Of a DNA stretch of 64,000 nucleotides, positions 1 to 13,637 are shown piece by piece. Under the pieces are notes generated by a model, which was given only the letters and a program-made list of their open reading frames with translations, did no database searches and was not told the DNA's origin. How positions within the stretch are numbered: position 1 is the stretch's first letter; each line of letters begins with the position of its first letter. Source of the DNA: Tubiluchus corallicola (taxonomy: Eukaryota > Animalia > Priapulida); contig JAQGDQ010000028.1 in assembly GCA_030141605.1 (NCBI GenBank), positions 682,001 to 746,000 of the forward strand, in the 5' to 3' direction. Made by a program: the position numbers and the translations under genes.

Positions 1-533
1 AGCATTCAAGCAGGAGTGTGAATTATTACCGTGTTTGGTGGTTCATAAATTATATGAATTACAATTTCAAAATTAATTTCTTCCTGTCAAATATTAGTCA
101 CTTGTGCGACCGCTTCCCTCCGTCAATATAAAATCTCTAGATTAGCCAGCAGTTAATCAATATACTGGAAGCCTAGTAACTGTTCCCCCTCCCATGAACT
201 CTTTCTAGAAACAATAAATTTAATTTTTTATTACACCATATTTGTAGAACAACTAGACTGTGAGGCCTAACACAAAGTTTCGCTCCTGGAAGGAATTCCG
301 ATCGTTAAAACGTCAAAAGTTGCTTTTAGTCTCAAACAATAATTGTTTTCCTACACAGTACCTGTAGGTTGATGGCAGGGTTAAAATATATTTTAGTACA
401 GGTTGTATAACATGATAGTGACAGACAGCATAGTAAAATGTGTAATAAAAAGGTAGTGATAAGAGCATTTGAACCTAGATCAGATACAATAAATAAAAAA
501 TGCAGTGTATTTACAGTTAAAACGATAGTTTAC

Positions 534-644
534 CTTATCTTGCTGCAGCCGTCTTTTTATCAACTTCGAACAGTTGATATTTATTGCATTTGTAAGATGA
601 CAAGTATTGTACTCTAGAAACGATCGGCTATCCAATATAAGAAC
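534..644 (-). CDS. DUSP16: Dual-specificity MAP kinase phosphatase DUSP8/DUSP16 (MKP-7)-like, rhodanese/KIM-domain exon; gene continues beyond the left edge
   Basis: Phase-0 exon with CAG acceptor (645-647) and GTAAAC donor. It translates VLILDSRSFLEYNTCHLTNAININCSKLIKRRLQQDK, nearly identical to the recalled DUSP16/DUSP8 segment VLLIDSRPFVEYNTSHILEAININCSKLMKRRLQQDK. The start exon is unresolved; one candidate is 1834-1700 with a weak CAG|GTGGCT donor. Confidence 0.9.
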
Positions 645-3167
645 CTGAAAATATACCACTTAAATTAGAATTTGAACACAACTCTCAGTCGTCAAGAAAC
701 GTACTCCAAGTCTGAGTATAATAACAAAGTTATCAGCAAAAGTTTTTATTTGGTCCAAAGTATGAGATACATCAGTAACATAAGTTTGAGCAAATTTATT
801 ACAGCAGCTACAAAACACTAGTCAAACATCGGAGTAACTTGGTTCATTTCCAAAAGATTCTAGTCAACCACACTTGCATACAAAAATTAAACAAATCAAG
901 TTGGCAGTTACACTAATGCTGACCACGGTATAAACTTTAACTGTCTGTTTGACAATGATTTCAGACAGGGTCTATTTTCAATTCATCTGATAAAAATATA
1001 ATGAAATGTCATATATTTTTTATAGTGCACATTACCAAACTGTATTTTGTAATGTGATATGATAAGGACTCTATATACAAAATACTGTAATAAAACATTC
1101 TGAAAACACGTATTAACTTGGTACCATCACTGTGCTGGCAATACGTGTTAACCTGGCACCATCACGATGTTGAAAACTAATGTCCAGGGCAGTTCGATCT
1201 ACCAATAAACTGACAATGTCCTGGACGACTGGGAGTGTGAGCAGTGAATCGTTGTTAACCAGACGTTCTGTAACATTTTATCAATCCTAAGCTTTGGAAT
1301 AAATGATTGAAATTCTATGCAAAACTAAAGATGTACAGAAAATTTTCAAAATCTGGTTTTAAACCCTTCATTGCCACAATAAAATAGTGTTCATACATGG
1401 GTTTCAGTTTTTTATATCCCATTCAAAGTAAGCTAGCATTTTATGAAATGGACATGACAAGTCACAGCTATGTACATCACTATCGTCATCTGATATCTTA
1501 TCAGGGCATTATCAGATGCATTATTATAAATAGTGTCTTCTTCAATAAATCATCAATGTAACTGTAATGATCGTTGCTACAATGAAATCGCATGATCATC
1601 ATAAGCCTAAGTGACACTAGGCCCATTTAAAAGAGGCAGTAAGTGTAAAACACAAAAAATAATTACCTCTGTACTGTTGGTTTTTATCACAGTAGCCACC
1701 TGGTGAATAGTAGCCGAACCGAATGCTCCTAAATGTCGACTAATCTCGCAAAAATTCTCTTCTAACTTTTCGTGGCACGTGAATTTTTCTTCCACCTTTT
1801 CACAACACTTTCTATTTCTCATTGCCTTTAGCATGATGACAGTTTGTCATGTATTAATAAAAAATCCTTTAACGATGAATAAGTCTATGTACAATATCAC
1901 AGATAGAGCATCTGCTTAGTGAAGCAGGTCGAGGTTCGTTCGATGATCCGCAAGTTGTTAGCTACATTGCGCCAAACCGTATTTATATTTCAGTCTAGAT
2001 TCCTAGTACCATAGAAATTATCCCTTTCTTACTAAGTTCTGGAAAAAATGTAAATATGTATACGTATGAACAAAAGATGTCAAAATTTAATGAGCTTTTT
2101 TGAATTTAAACCAACTGCTTGTGGTTACATTACAGACACACAAAGAATATACAGGCTCTGCATTCTACCAAGAGAGTTCTTTACTCAAAAGTGGTGACAC
2201 TGCAAAATAAAAATACAGCAACCAATTATGCTGCACACTACACTACTCACACAGTAAACAGGTCATTTCCTGTTGGCACTGCCTATCTATCCATGTACAA
2301 TACATGATAACATGCAGACTGCATTCACTGACACAAAGTCTTAGCATGGATTTTTGTCTGACTGTTGTTATTATTACTCAAAGGGTGTCAAGAAATAGTA
2401 GAAACACTACTAGACTAAAAAGTTCCTGGGACATAATGGGTGTTTTAAGAAATGCGTTATGATACATGTGTCTCGTTGAGAAATTTCTGCGCATAGATTA
2501 ATGACTGTTAGAGCAGAGAATGGCGACAATACTACAAATTAAAATGAAATCAGTGTTCTTCATTCAATATTAAAGTTATTTTTCACAGTTTTGTCAGTTT
2601 TTATTCATCTGTGAAAAATAACTTTTAATTTTCGTTTTTTCCATCAACGTAGATCAGTAATTTCCGACATCATGCACATTGGATAGATCAAATATCAAGC
2701 AAATCCAAAAAGCACAGGAGCTCGCTTTTTGCAAGGGTACTTTCCTATTTTCTGTAGAAGTCTCATAAACTGCACTCTCTGAAAAAGACCAGGTTGCTGT
2801 TCGGGATATAGTTACACTTTAAAGCCACCAGCTGTCGCTAATCCAGTGAGAAACAAAACGGTAAACACGATTACAGCACGTACAAGTGCAGCATAAATAA
2901 ACTACGGTTAATTTAGACAAAAGAAGTTTTTCTGTGCACAATCACCTTACGCTCTGATGCGCTAGTGATGTAAGGTATGAAAATGCGTGTATACATTCAC
3001 ACATACTTGAAGTTGTATAACTTGCCAAAAAAAATTGTATGTATATTTCTTTGCCAGCCTAGTTATATAAACATTTAAATACTAATTATTAGTATTTAAA
3101 TAAAATTAACCAAGAGTTGGTATGTCTTGTAAGACTTAAAATATTTTAAAATAATTTAAATACTTAC

Positions 3168-3327
3168 CTACCTAACTAGGTATACGCCACCACTGATAGT
3201 CGGTTCTTCTAAACTAGGAAGTGCAGTAGTTATCTGCTGGAGACGATCTCTGTTGCTACTGGTACTGATGCCAGCGGAAGCAGAGGAACAACTGGAGGAT
3301 GATGAGTCATATGAGTTTGACGCCAGT
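3168..3327 (-). other. Probable upstream (5' UTR or alternative N-terminal) exon of the DUSP8/16-like gene
   Basis: GC-richer island bounded by a ctctcCAG acceptor (3328-3330) and tandem donors AG|GTAG|GTAAGT (exon ends 3172 or 3168). Confidence 0.5.
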
Positions 3328-4550
3328 CTGGAGAGATAAGTAAATAACTGTTAGGTTTCAGTTGTGGTAGAACAAGACCAAGCCACTGTTTACAAGCTAA
3401 CACACAGCTTCATAGGGAGAGTCTAGGTTGATGGAAATCAGTAAGACAGTAAAAAAAGAAAATATTTTAACAAAACTAACAACAACTTATAGACACAAAA
3501 CAAAAGTCAGTATAAAAATCAACTTTCGGTCAGGATAAGCTTTTAACAATTCCTTATCACTGCACAGAAGATCATAACAAACGTGTGGTTTGTGTTTGCT
3601 ATAAAAAAAAACTTGTGCATACAGAAAATTAAAAGTTTTAGCTTAAAACTGATAACTACGAACTCAATAATTAAATAGGGCGGTTTTTCAGACCATGGTC
3701 TATAATTTGGTAACTAAGAATCATCGATAAAAGATTTTGATAATTAGTTTATAACCTAGAAGTATATTTCAGCGAAGTACTCCAAGTAAGTGTTGCTAAG
3801 CAAGTTTACAGTTTCTTTTACTGACAAAACAGATATGTACTCTACATGTATTGGACAGGAATGTCATCATTTTATATTTCATAATTTGTTTTAACACAGA
3901 ATTTACTGCAGTAAAAAAAACAAGTCACAGCTATGGAAAAATAATGAATACCTAATTATGTAAAATTCGTATTAAAATTGGCTTATCACAGTAGCTTTAA
4001 CCAACAGAAAAATGCGCACAAAAATTAAAATAAATTTAAATGCCAAGAAGGTAAACTAAAGAGACCAAAAATCTATTTACAAATCACAATGTTTCCACAC
4101 CAAATTATGAAAATGTTGCAACGTATGTTCTAGACAAAAACGAACGTTTGGGTGCCCTTTGACCCAGAGCTTATAATACTGATTACAACTGGTGATAAAC
4201 CAATAAAGTTGAGCCAGCAATATTTGCTACCATGTGATCGAACCACGCTGAGCAAAGATAACACTTTACGTCATAATCTATAAATAGTAAACTTAACTTG
4301 CAGATTAATACCCTGTAGTTTACAAGGTTAAAATCACAATGGTTGGCTATGTGTGCTGCAAAAATTTACCAATTATCATGTGTGCGTGACTAGCACTATG
4401 ACTGTAGTAAAACCAATGTAGCGAAGCATGAGTGTCTTTCTTAAAGTTAAACACTGCTAAGATAGTATAATACACCTGGGAATTCTAATGATGAAACCAG
4501 ATTCATTCATTTTTAGTCCAAGTACAGCCGAAATAAATAATTTGTAAGTC

Positions 4551-4620
4551 AAGAGTGGGCCTGGACTTGAACCCGAGACCTTAATATAGATAATAATTTG
4601 ACTACTTGACCACACAGCTC
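4551..4620 (-). mobile_element. tRNA-derived SINE head fragment
   Basis: Minus strand reads TGGTCAAGTAGT (A-box-like) ... GGTTCAAGTCC (B-box). No complete cloverleaf. Confidence 0.45.
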
Positions 4621-7592
4621 CTTATGTTCTCAACAGGCTTCAATTGTAACAAACGCATCAGCCAATCCAATACTTTTAATACTAATACTAATACTCCAAA
4701 ATACTCATCAGTCTTAACAACCTCAACGTGGAATCTTAATTACTATAATCTATACAATTATGATGGTGTTTTATTTTTAAAACACGAGACTGTGAGAAGT
4801 TACTTTAAGTTATTACACAATTTTTTACTTGTTAGTTGTACAGGGAGTTTTACATTAAAGGGAGTTAAAACAAATTAAGGATCTTTAGTTGACACAAACA
4901 TTCATATACACTAAAAACAATGCTCAATTAATTTATTATCAATATTTAGACGTACTCAGACAAAACTCCAATAGATTCCACATTCATAAACACACAAAAA
5001 ATTAAACATATACAATGCAAGAATTAACTATTATAATCTTAATGTCAAAATTATTACGAATAGTGATACGGCTGCCTTATGAGCAGAGGATTCCTGGTTC
5101 AAGTACAGGTTGTATCCCATCTTTTTCACATTTCCCGTCTTTCAAGTTTGGCATCAAAATTTAATTCATTGCGGATTTGCATCATCAGTCATGATGGACG
5201 AATATACGAACGTTATTATAAGTTCTTACTTTTTTTTATACAAAATAAGTTCAATAACAACTTGTTTTTAAATAAGTTGGTTTTATGTTTTTATAAAAAA
5301 AACAATAAAAACTCTACTATACTTTTTAAACACAGTAAACAATAACACTCTTTCAAAAATACACTTTCAGACAGCATGGTTTTCATCGCAAAATACAACA
5401 AAGAGGATATAAGTTACTTCTTCACCAGTATACATATTTATCTATCACATTTACCTACTATCACATAGTTTTAATTCCTGTTTATGTAAGACAACTTAGA
5501 ACTAGTAACTGACTGACTGACTATATACAGCGAATTTATACATCCTGTTGTTGCTAGAGAGTCAGAGTCACTGCGCACTAGAGAAAGTTAAGTATTGCAA
5601 CATCCCTGTTTTAGGAAAGCAATACAGCGTGACTCAGTACAGGTGTAATAATACGCAGCTAAGCTACTACCACAGTTATAACTTAATTATTGATATTCAC
5701 AGCAACAAAGCATTTATGAGAATAAGGCCATAAATCATGATTTAACTAGAACAATCCATTTCATATATTTATATACATATATAAAATATATGTAAAATGT
5801 TTAAATGCAGTCAATGGTTCAATGTTTTTGTATGACAACAAGGTAAATTATGAATAGGAAATACTATTTCTTTCAGATGAAGGACTGTAATGTCATATCT
5901 TTTCATTTCTGAAATGTATGGAATTTTTAAATTGATTTTGTATGAGTTTTCTTAGGCCTCATAAACTGCTTAAAACAGCTTAGTTACATAGTCTAATATT
6001 TCTCAAATCACACTAATCATCAAGAGAAATCATTCTGTTAACAGTGATAATAGCAGAAATACTTCAAAATGCCAATACAATTAATTTTTCATATTCAAAG
6101 TTTAATGAGTTTGGAGTCAGACCTATGCACAGGAAAGTTACAAAGTTGTTCATTACATATGCAAAAAGATCAATAAAACTTTTGTGGCCTGAATTTAAAA
6201 AACTTAGAACACTACATTTATTGTAAAATTTCTTAAAAGTACCTAACATCAAATGCAATAATGAATATTTTATTGTACTTGAGTTGTGCAATAAATCTTG
6301 AGCTCAGTGCTAGCTATACGCTATATGTAAACATGTTTTTACTGTTCAAATAAATGAGCAATAACTTGATATTGACCATAAAGATGCCAAAGCAGGCAAA
6401 CAAATAAATATTTATTTGTTGTTTAAGTTGTTTACAATGTAAACATTAGACAGGGAAAAGAATACAAAATCCAACTTGGTCAACTCAAGTAATTTTGGAC
6501 TTAGGGTTAGGGTTAAGTCTCAAATAAATAACTAGTACGCTAGTCTTTTAAAAGCATGAAAAATAATAGACCGTGGCATTAGTAGCTCTACTGACAGATC
6601 TAAAGCATGGCTCTAGGGACTGCTCTGGGAAGCTTTAGAAAAAAAGCTTATAAGTGGCAGTAAAAATAGACTTTCTTAGAGAAGTAGAGTTGATTCTATT
6701 AGTTCCTTGACTTCCTTCTAAGACTAGGATTTTGCGTAGACCTAACAAAAGGTACCTTTTACTTGACATGCCAGGTGATTTATTTGAAGTGATATAAAAA
6801 AAGAAAAACAGAAAGTAAATTTCAAAGTAAATTCCTTAGAATTAATTAATGAACTGAAATTATTAACAAATAAACCAGTGTAGTAGCTGACCAGAGCTAA
6901 AAATATAATGTTAAATGTTTCACAAAATTAAATGATTCACTAATATTTTATAACAACTACATAAAAAGTCTGGAAAGAAATTAAATAGCAGTCAGTGTAT
7001 GATTTCAGCGGCTGAAAAGGTGATCAGTGAAATATTTTAATTACCCTAGTTGGAGCTAAATTAAGACAAGGAGTAAAGACTGCTAGATTAAATTTGTCAG
7101 TCATCATAAAAATAAATTTGTATTAAGTTTTTATGTGACCTATTATATTTACTCAACAAGAAACACTGATACGCAGTTAGCTGGCCTTTGGTTGAGATGA
7201 AATGATTGTAACAGCTAGACTGAAATGACGTGGAGTCAATTAACACAATTACGACAAAAATATGTTAATAAATCCACTTGTTCTTGTTGTATAGAAATGT
7301 GAAATGTCATGGAAAGTGCTTTGGCCCAGGTGACTAAAATTAAGAAGAACTCAGAACACAGATAAAGTATTGTTATTCATCAAAATTATCGGTTCTAAAA
7401 TAAAACTGCAATTTAATTTAAGACTGTTAGCAGGTCTAAACATACTGATTACGGAATTCTAAAACGCAGTTACGTAGAACCATAAACAGTTTTAATATCT
7501 TGTTTTAAAATAAAACTTTAATACTTTAATTCGTTTTAAGATATTAGCCATATTTAAACATCAGTCAAAAATATTAAAAAAAAACAACTCAC

Positions 7593-7739
7593 GTTTAACG
7601 ATGTGTCCGACTCAGTTTGCTGGACGTCCAATATGGTGATACAGATACTAGCTGTACAAAATTTATGGTACGGCACAACCAACAGAGTCAGTTGTACTGT
7701 ACCTATTAACGCTGTCAACAACTTCGTGGATCCATATTC
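7593..7739 (-). other. Probable 5' UTR exon of the DUSP8/16-like gene
   Basis: ttttttactgCAG acceptor (7740-7742) and AAC|GTGAGT donor. It lies just downstream of a putative first exon (about 7887-7935, donor TTC|GTATGT). Confidence 0.5.
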
Positions 7740-7879
7740 CTGCAGTAAAAAAGGCACAAATTAACGAAATAAAACTATGTAAAATAAACTAGAAGTATAT
7801 CATATCTTAAGCAAATAATATCTATTAAAACTAAACACTATTAAACATATTAATAGACTCAAAACGAATAAAGTATGCC

Positions 7880-8140
7880 AACATACGAAAAACTTTCTCG
7901 TAAACCCGTTTATCGTTCTACGACGGTTCTGAATCTAAAAATAAACTTAACGTGTTTTCTATTTGTAGCCACTACGTCACCACCAGCCAATGAAATATTT
8001 CGTTGCTCACTTCCAGCGAAGTCGTTTGCTACGCGCAAACCATAACAGAATTTTGCGCAAAAGTAAGCACATGTAATATCAGAGAACGTAGTTGTAGTGT
8101 AAGCCCTTCCTGTCTGATATTGTACTCTCTGGATTGGGTA
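7880..8140. promoter_or_regulatory. Putative bidirectional promoter shared by the DUSP8/16-like (-) and SWSAP1-like (+) genes
   Basis: CpG-richer patch between divergent splice donors (minus-strand donor at 7886, plus-strand GG|GTAATA at 8138). Contains CRE/ATF-like TGACGTAG (minus, 7972-7979) and a CCAAT box (7987-7991). Confidence 0.5.
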
Positions 8141-9212
8141 ATATCTATGGGACTGTTGGAGCTGTAGTATGAATGTATATGTTTTATATCAAGTTTATTT
8201 ATTTAGTAGTGGGGATCAATTTTGGAACACGAGGAACAGTCACATTTATACTTGACAAAGTTTTTGCTATCCTAATTATGTTCAATGTACAATTTTTCGA
8301 ATGTCAATTTTCAAGAACGAGAATTTTAAACAGGGTGTAATGTATAATCTTTTGCTAAGGTCAATTATAACGTTAAGATTTTGCTGAATCAATTGAGAAT
8401 CTATTATTGCCATCAGTATTTAGTGTGGCAGCCTTCCACCAAATCTAATTCATATTCTTATTTTTCCAAAACATAAAAACAGAAGTATAATGAATTGCGT
8501 TTTTTATAAGTCAAACAGATAATTATACTTTTATTCAGCAAAGCAAAAAACTATTAGTGAACATAAATTTGGTATATGTGAAGTGAAAGAAGTAAATCAT
8601 TGTGCAAATTAAATTTTATAATTCAATTCATATCCATTCCAAAAAAACCACAAAATCAAAAAAATATGATGCAAATCAAAGCAGTGATCCTAAATATACA
8701 TGATCCAACAGAGTCTCATGCATGACAATATAAGTATAGCAATGTCCTGCTGTAAGTAGCTACAGTTTAACACTTGGAAATCAATTCGAAATATATATAT
8801 ATATATATATATATAGAGTAATGAAATAAATTCACTACAAAGAAGCATCTTTCAATGTTGTTATTACGATTCTGATTCTGGGACTTAGTGACATTGAAGA
8901 TTCAGATGACATGATGAAAATAGATTCAGTTCTTAAAAAACAAATTACTTCAAAACTAAATGATTATATCATACAAATACATTTTAGTAAATAGACTCAG
9001 TGGCTGATTGATGTGGTGAATTTGTGATATAAAAAAACGCACAGTGCTTTTTCAGTTACTAACGTAATTTGATCGGACTATTCAATTCACATTAGATAGT
9101 CACTGTTATTTGTTGGCTAATACATCTGATTATCTGATGCGAAAATAGTTCGCAACTCAGAACTCATTAACTACTTTAGTTGGATTAGTACACTTCATGC
9201 AATGATTCAGTG

Positions 9213-12200
9213 ATGTCACATCTCGCACAGAGAATCTTTCCACTTTTCTCATCGTGGATGTCAGATGAATTCTGCACAAGTTCAAATGTAAGGTTATGGA
9301 ATACAAGTAATAACAATAATCACAACAACTTTCTATGTGGGGAATCAAAAAGGTAGGCATTTAAACAAATTATCTAAATTTATGATTTTCCAGGCTTTTT
9401 GTAGTGTACCGACTGGGTATCATTAAATTATTATTTAATGTTGTTATGTAGTGGAAATTAAATTAACAAATAATATAGTGATTTTTCTTTTACTTTAGTA
9501 TTGCAGTTGCTGTGAGTTGATAGTAACATATTAAAAAAAATTGAAAAGTGTAAGTTAATGTAGTGTAACAGTGTAATCAAAAATAATAATATTAAATAAA
9601 GTGGTGATGCTTATTAGTAGTTTTTGTCCAAAATTTAAGAACTATCATTATTATGTGATCATTCTATTAAGTTTTGTCATTTAATGCCATGTTGATTAGT
9701 TTCATTTATAGCATATACTATACATGTACGATATAAAAGAACAGTTCAATTTGTGAAAGATAGGAGTTATTTTTAAATGGTTGTATTAAAAATTTATTGT
9801 GTTCATGTTGATTTTTCAGTGGCAAGACATCACTGTTGTTTCAGTATGCATGCACTAGCGCCGCAAGTGGTATAAGCGTTTTGTTTGTATGTCCACAGAC
9901 ATTTTCAACCGTGCCTGTTCGTGTACACGGAATGCCCTCTCCAGCACCGGAGTTGCTCAGCTGCATTAAAATAGTGTAACTTTTCTTGCAGTTTGTTTCA
10001 TATATTTATACAGATGTTGCAAATGAGGTGATATTCTTAAATTTTGAGATAAGTTAAAACTTGTTAAATGTGTTAAACTGAATAGTTTATAGAATATGTA
10101 TAGATATATATACATAGATAATATGTATACTAGCTTCGTATGATATCTTTATAAACATGTTGTAGTGAGATTGACCAGAGGATTTTGCAGATATGTTCTG
10201 ATCCTGTTGAGGAGTTTAGTTATATTTTTGCAAAAAATTACTTGTCTGAATTGCATCATGCTATATTAGACTATAAGTACTGTAGCTATGACGGACCGAT
10301 ATCACACATTTTGCTGTAGGCCGTACGAGAAATATATGCCATACTTTATTAATAGCTGTGTGGCTGAGATATGCACAAAATTCAACAATGCTGAACCTGG
10401 ATAGAAACTAATCTGGTGAATACTATAAAAATCACTTCTGGGTGGTTTAATTTGCTACACTGCTACCAGCTATGTATACCTTGAGAGGTTGCACATGCAG
10501 TCAAACCTTGTTATAACACCCCCCCTCCCTTTATAATACTAACCTCACTTAACGTCAATATTTTTGACACATAAATGTCTATAAATGCATAGATTGTATG
10601 TGTTAATGCACGCACCTTGTTATAATGCCAAACTCGCTTAATGCAAACTTTTTTGCAGTCCCAAAGTAAGCGGTATAAAGAGGTTCGACTGTACATGTAT
10701 CTTATGACTCAGTATTCAGACGATAATAACTTAGATTCCAGTTTTGACAAAGCTCCTGAGTACTGATGTAATAAGCAGCTATTGTCTAATGCTGCTCAGT
10801 AAACTTGCCTAAATATTACACACCTGAAAGCAGTATGTCAAACTGCATTTAAAAATGCTGTTAAATTACATGCACGACTTTGAATATTTTGTTTCATTGT
10901 TGTTTTAAATTTTGCTTGTTATATATGTGCAAAAGTCAAATAACATTTATATCTGCTTTCATTTAAATATGTAGTATCTGATGTATGTCGATTTTCACAT
11001 AACGTATACAATTGAGAAAATTTGTCTTACACTTTAATTAGATGTGTTTGACAAGCAATACCGCAGATATATTTGTAAGTACATGTGTACTACAGGTATA
11101 ATGTACCTGGATGCCCTAGATTTACTTGTTTGTCAATAAGGAATAAACATTTTCTGTTTTGTCAGTTTTACTCCAAATCAATGTTTGTCATGTTTGCAGG
11201 TACCTGAATACTATAGAACAACTCATTAGCTATTTGGCTAGAATTCACCTGTCTTCTACATCAGCTTCCGTTCTTATCATCGACGATTTTGACTATTACT
11301 GTTCTCAGTTTTCGGTAATATGTGCTTTATAATAAGGGCTTGTGCTACTATTTCATTGTGCTGTACATAATATATTTTGTTGCTTTATGAATTCACTTAT
11401 ACGTAACTATCAGCTAAGCAGTTTGATCACCCAGCTACCTGCTGCAGCTGTTTATTAAGAAAAGAATTAGTAATAATAGAAAAATGGTTTGTGTGGTGTT
11501 GCATGAAACTGTGCAATATTTGTTTTGTTGTAACATGTGTGACATGTATCTAACTAAATTTTCTAAATTCTCATTCATTCCACTGTACATTTAACTACAT
11601 TAGATATACATAGTCTGTTTCATGTCCTGTTGCCGGAAGTTCTGAAGCATACATTGCACATGTATAATTATGACAAAATATTACTAGTCATACTTGAAAA
11701 GATAAATATAATAATAACCTTACATGTCCTTGAAAAGGATCTCGTTCAGTGAACTGAGTGTCTTTTTTGCTCAGATAATTGAAATTGTGCAGAAAAGCTG
11801 CAGAAACTTGCCTACTTTTACGCTTTGTCACCTGCATCTCAATAAGACTGTCATTTTTCCTCATTTTCAGACTTGTGCTACCCACTCACCACTGACTTAA
11901 GGACTGCATTTCACCGTCATTATCATCATCGTCTACATGCTTCTACGTTCTAAAACGTGGCACGTCCACCTGTTGATGCCACATGCTCCTGTCCACGGTG
12001 CATCATACTTCCAATCTAGAATTGTATTTGGAAGCCTTTTTGCAGTATACATCTATATACGTCAGTAGCTGAGCCCCTTTTGGATTTTTTCCATTTCAAG
12101 AGTTGTGTAATGCTATAGGAAGAGGAGACTCTTGAGGTAATCTTAGTGCATGCCCAATACAATGCAATCTTCTTACTTGGATGTGTTTACTCCAAGGATT

Positions 12201-12874
12201 CTTCACCACATCATACAGATACCGTCTTTCTTGTCTCATTATATGTTTAATGTAATGTGTGCAGCTTTTAAGCAAATGCAATTATCGTTTTCCAATATTG
12301 TAATCAATCGTGTTTTTTTCAGAATGAAGGTGACAGTGGTGATGAAGATGAAGCACATAGTATAGCCAGACTGTTTGCTGTTACCTTGGATGCAGCAATG
12401 TTTTTAGCAAAGCACGAAAATTCTCCTTGTCAGGTGTTGCTGTCATCCACTTTAATGGAAGAATTGTTTCTGAATATTGCCAAGCAGTTTTGCTCCTGCA
12501 TTTGGAAAATCCAGAGTAGGTTGCTGTTTATTGTCTGCAGAAGTTTAGCTAGATTAATAGTTTCCAATTTCATCACATTGAAAAAATTAAAAACGCCAAA
12601 AAACGTAAATGGCACCAATATTTTGTATTTGTGCTTAAATGGCTTACCACCTTGTATGCTTTCTTTTGTCAACAGGTGTCAGGTGTCACGAGTATGCATG
12701 ACTAACAAAATAGTCGGCACTCAGTTTTTGGTGGCGTTGTTGATGTTGCCATCTGCTAGAATGATTATAGAATTAACAAAATGTAGCATAGCTTTACTGT
12801 ACATGTGGTTTTACAGGGCACCTTGTTTGCACTGTTACAGCGATTATAAATGCACTAGTCTACCAGACAATTAA
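9213..12874 (+). CDS. SWSAP1: ATPase SWSAP1-like (Shu-complex RAD51 paralog)
   Basis: Exons: 9213-9352 (MSHLAQRIFPLF...FLCGESKS), 9820-9975 (GKTSLLFQYACTSAASGISVLFVCPQ...LLSCIKIV), 11200-11314 (YLNTIEQLISYLARIHLSSTSASVLIIDDFDYYCSQFS), 12323-12515/12519 (NEGDSG...IARLFAVTLDAAMFL...IWKIQ), and a final exon about 12676-12874. Walker A GESKSGKT and Walker B VLIIDD are present. The pattern matches recalled human SWSAP1 (GSGKTALLF...VLF...LLLLDGLEEY...LLLDTAAHF). Phases are consistent through exon 4; the last junction is ambiguous. Confidence 0.85.
10498..10691. mobile_element. Tc1/mariner-pogo-type MITE
   Basis: Terminal inverted repeats CAGTCAAACCTTGTTATA and TATAAAGAGGTTCGACTG, with TA at the right flank. 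Lies in SWSAP1 intron 2. Confidence 0.7.
11918..12290 (-). mobile_element. RTE-like LINE 3' fragment
   Basis: Minus-strand translation IQVRRLHCIGHALRLPQESP resembles the RTE ORF C-terminal RRLxWxGHxxR motif and is followed by a (GAT)-like tail at about 11918-11930. Confidence 0.55.
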
Positions 12875-13398
12875 ATATGAAGTTAATTTTGTGGCAACTG
12901 TCTTTGTGGTTTCCTTTTTCGTTACGTTTTTGTGTTTCGTTATTGTGTCATGTTTAACTAAGTTTTCTAATTCATTAAATTTTTTGTGTAGGTGTAATTT
13001 TCAAAGTAAGATATACCCATGGTAAAAAATTTCAACCTTTTCACAGTCTGTGCTATGCAGGCCTCATAATTTTGCATTAAATATTCGATTTTCATGGTTT
13101 TTGAAACTTGAAAGATGACATGATATTTCTCAACAGCCTAATGTCCACTGTGGTAAAATGAATGTAACTATTTATGCCACATTCGTTTAGAAAAAAGCTG
13201 TGCAGCAAGCTGTAAGAGGGAGTGACAGCTACCACAGGGGAATCGTACTTGAGTGGCTGATTAACAATCACACTGATTGAATTCTTACATCAGTTCAAAA
13301 CCTTGTCTTGGCGTTTATGTCATCTTCATGGAATTCCACTGTGTGCAGAGTTCATGTTACGAATAAAGCGAGTATAAATAAAAAATTTAATGTCCCAT

Positions 13399-13470
13399 GC
13401 TAATCTACAATGTACAGACAGTCTAATGCTTGGTCGTGTGTTAAGAAAATGAAGGGTTACATTCGTGATA

Positions 13471-13536
<66 letters not shown>

Positions 13537-13605
13537 ACGAAATAAATTCGGTACAAAGAAGCATCTTTCAATGTTGTTATTATGAGCATATATGTATATA
13601 TATAC

Positions 13606-13637
<32 letters not shown>

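Noticed and set aside
6501-6517. TTAGGG telomeric repeat
   Set aside because: Only about 2.5 units; too short to interpret.
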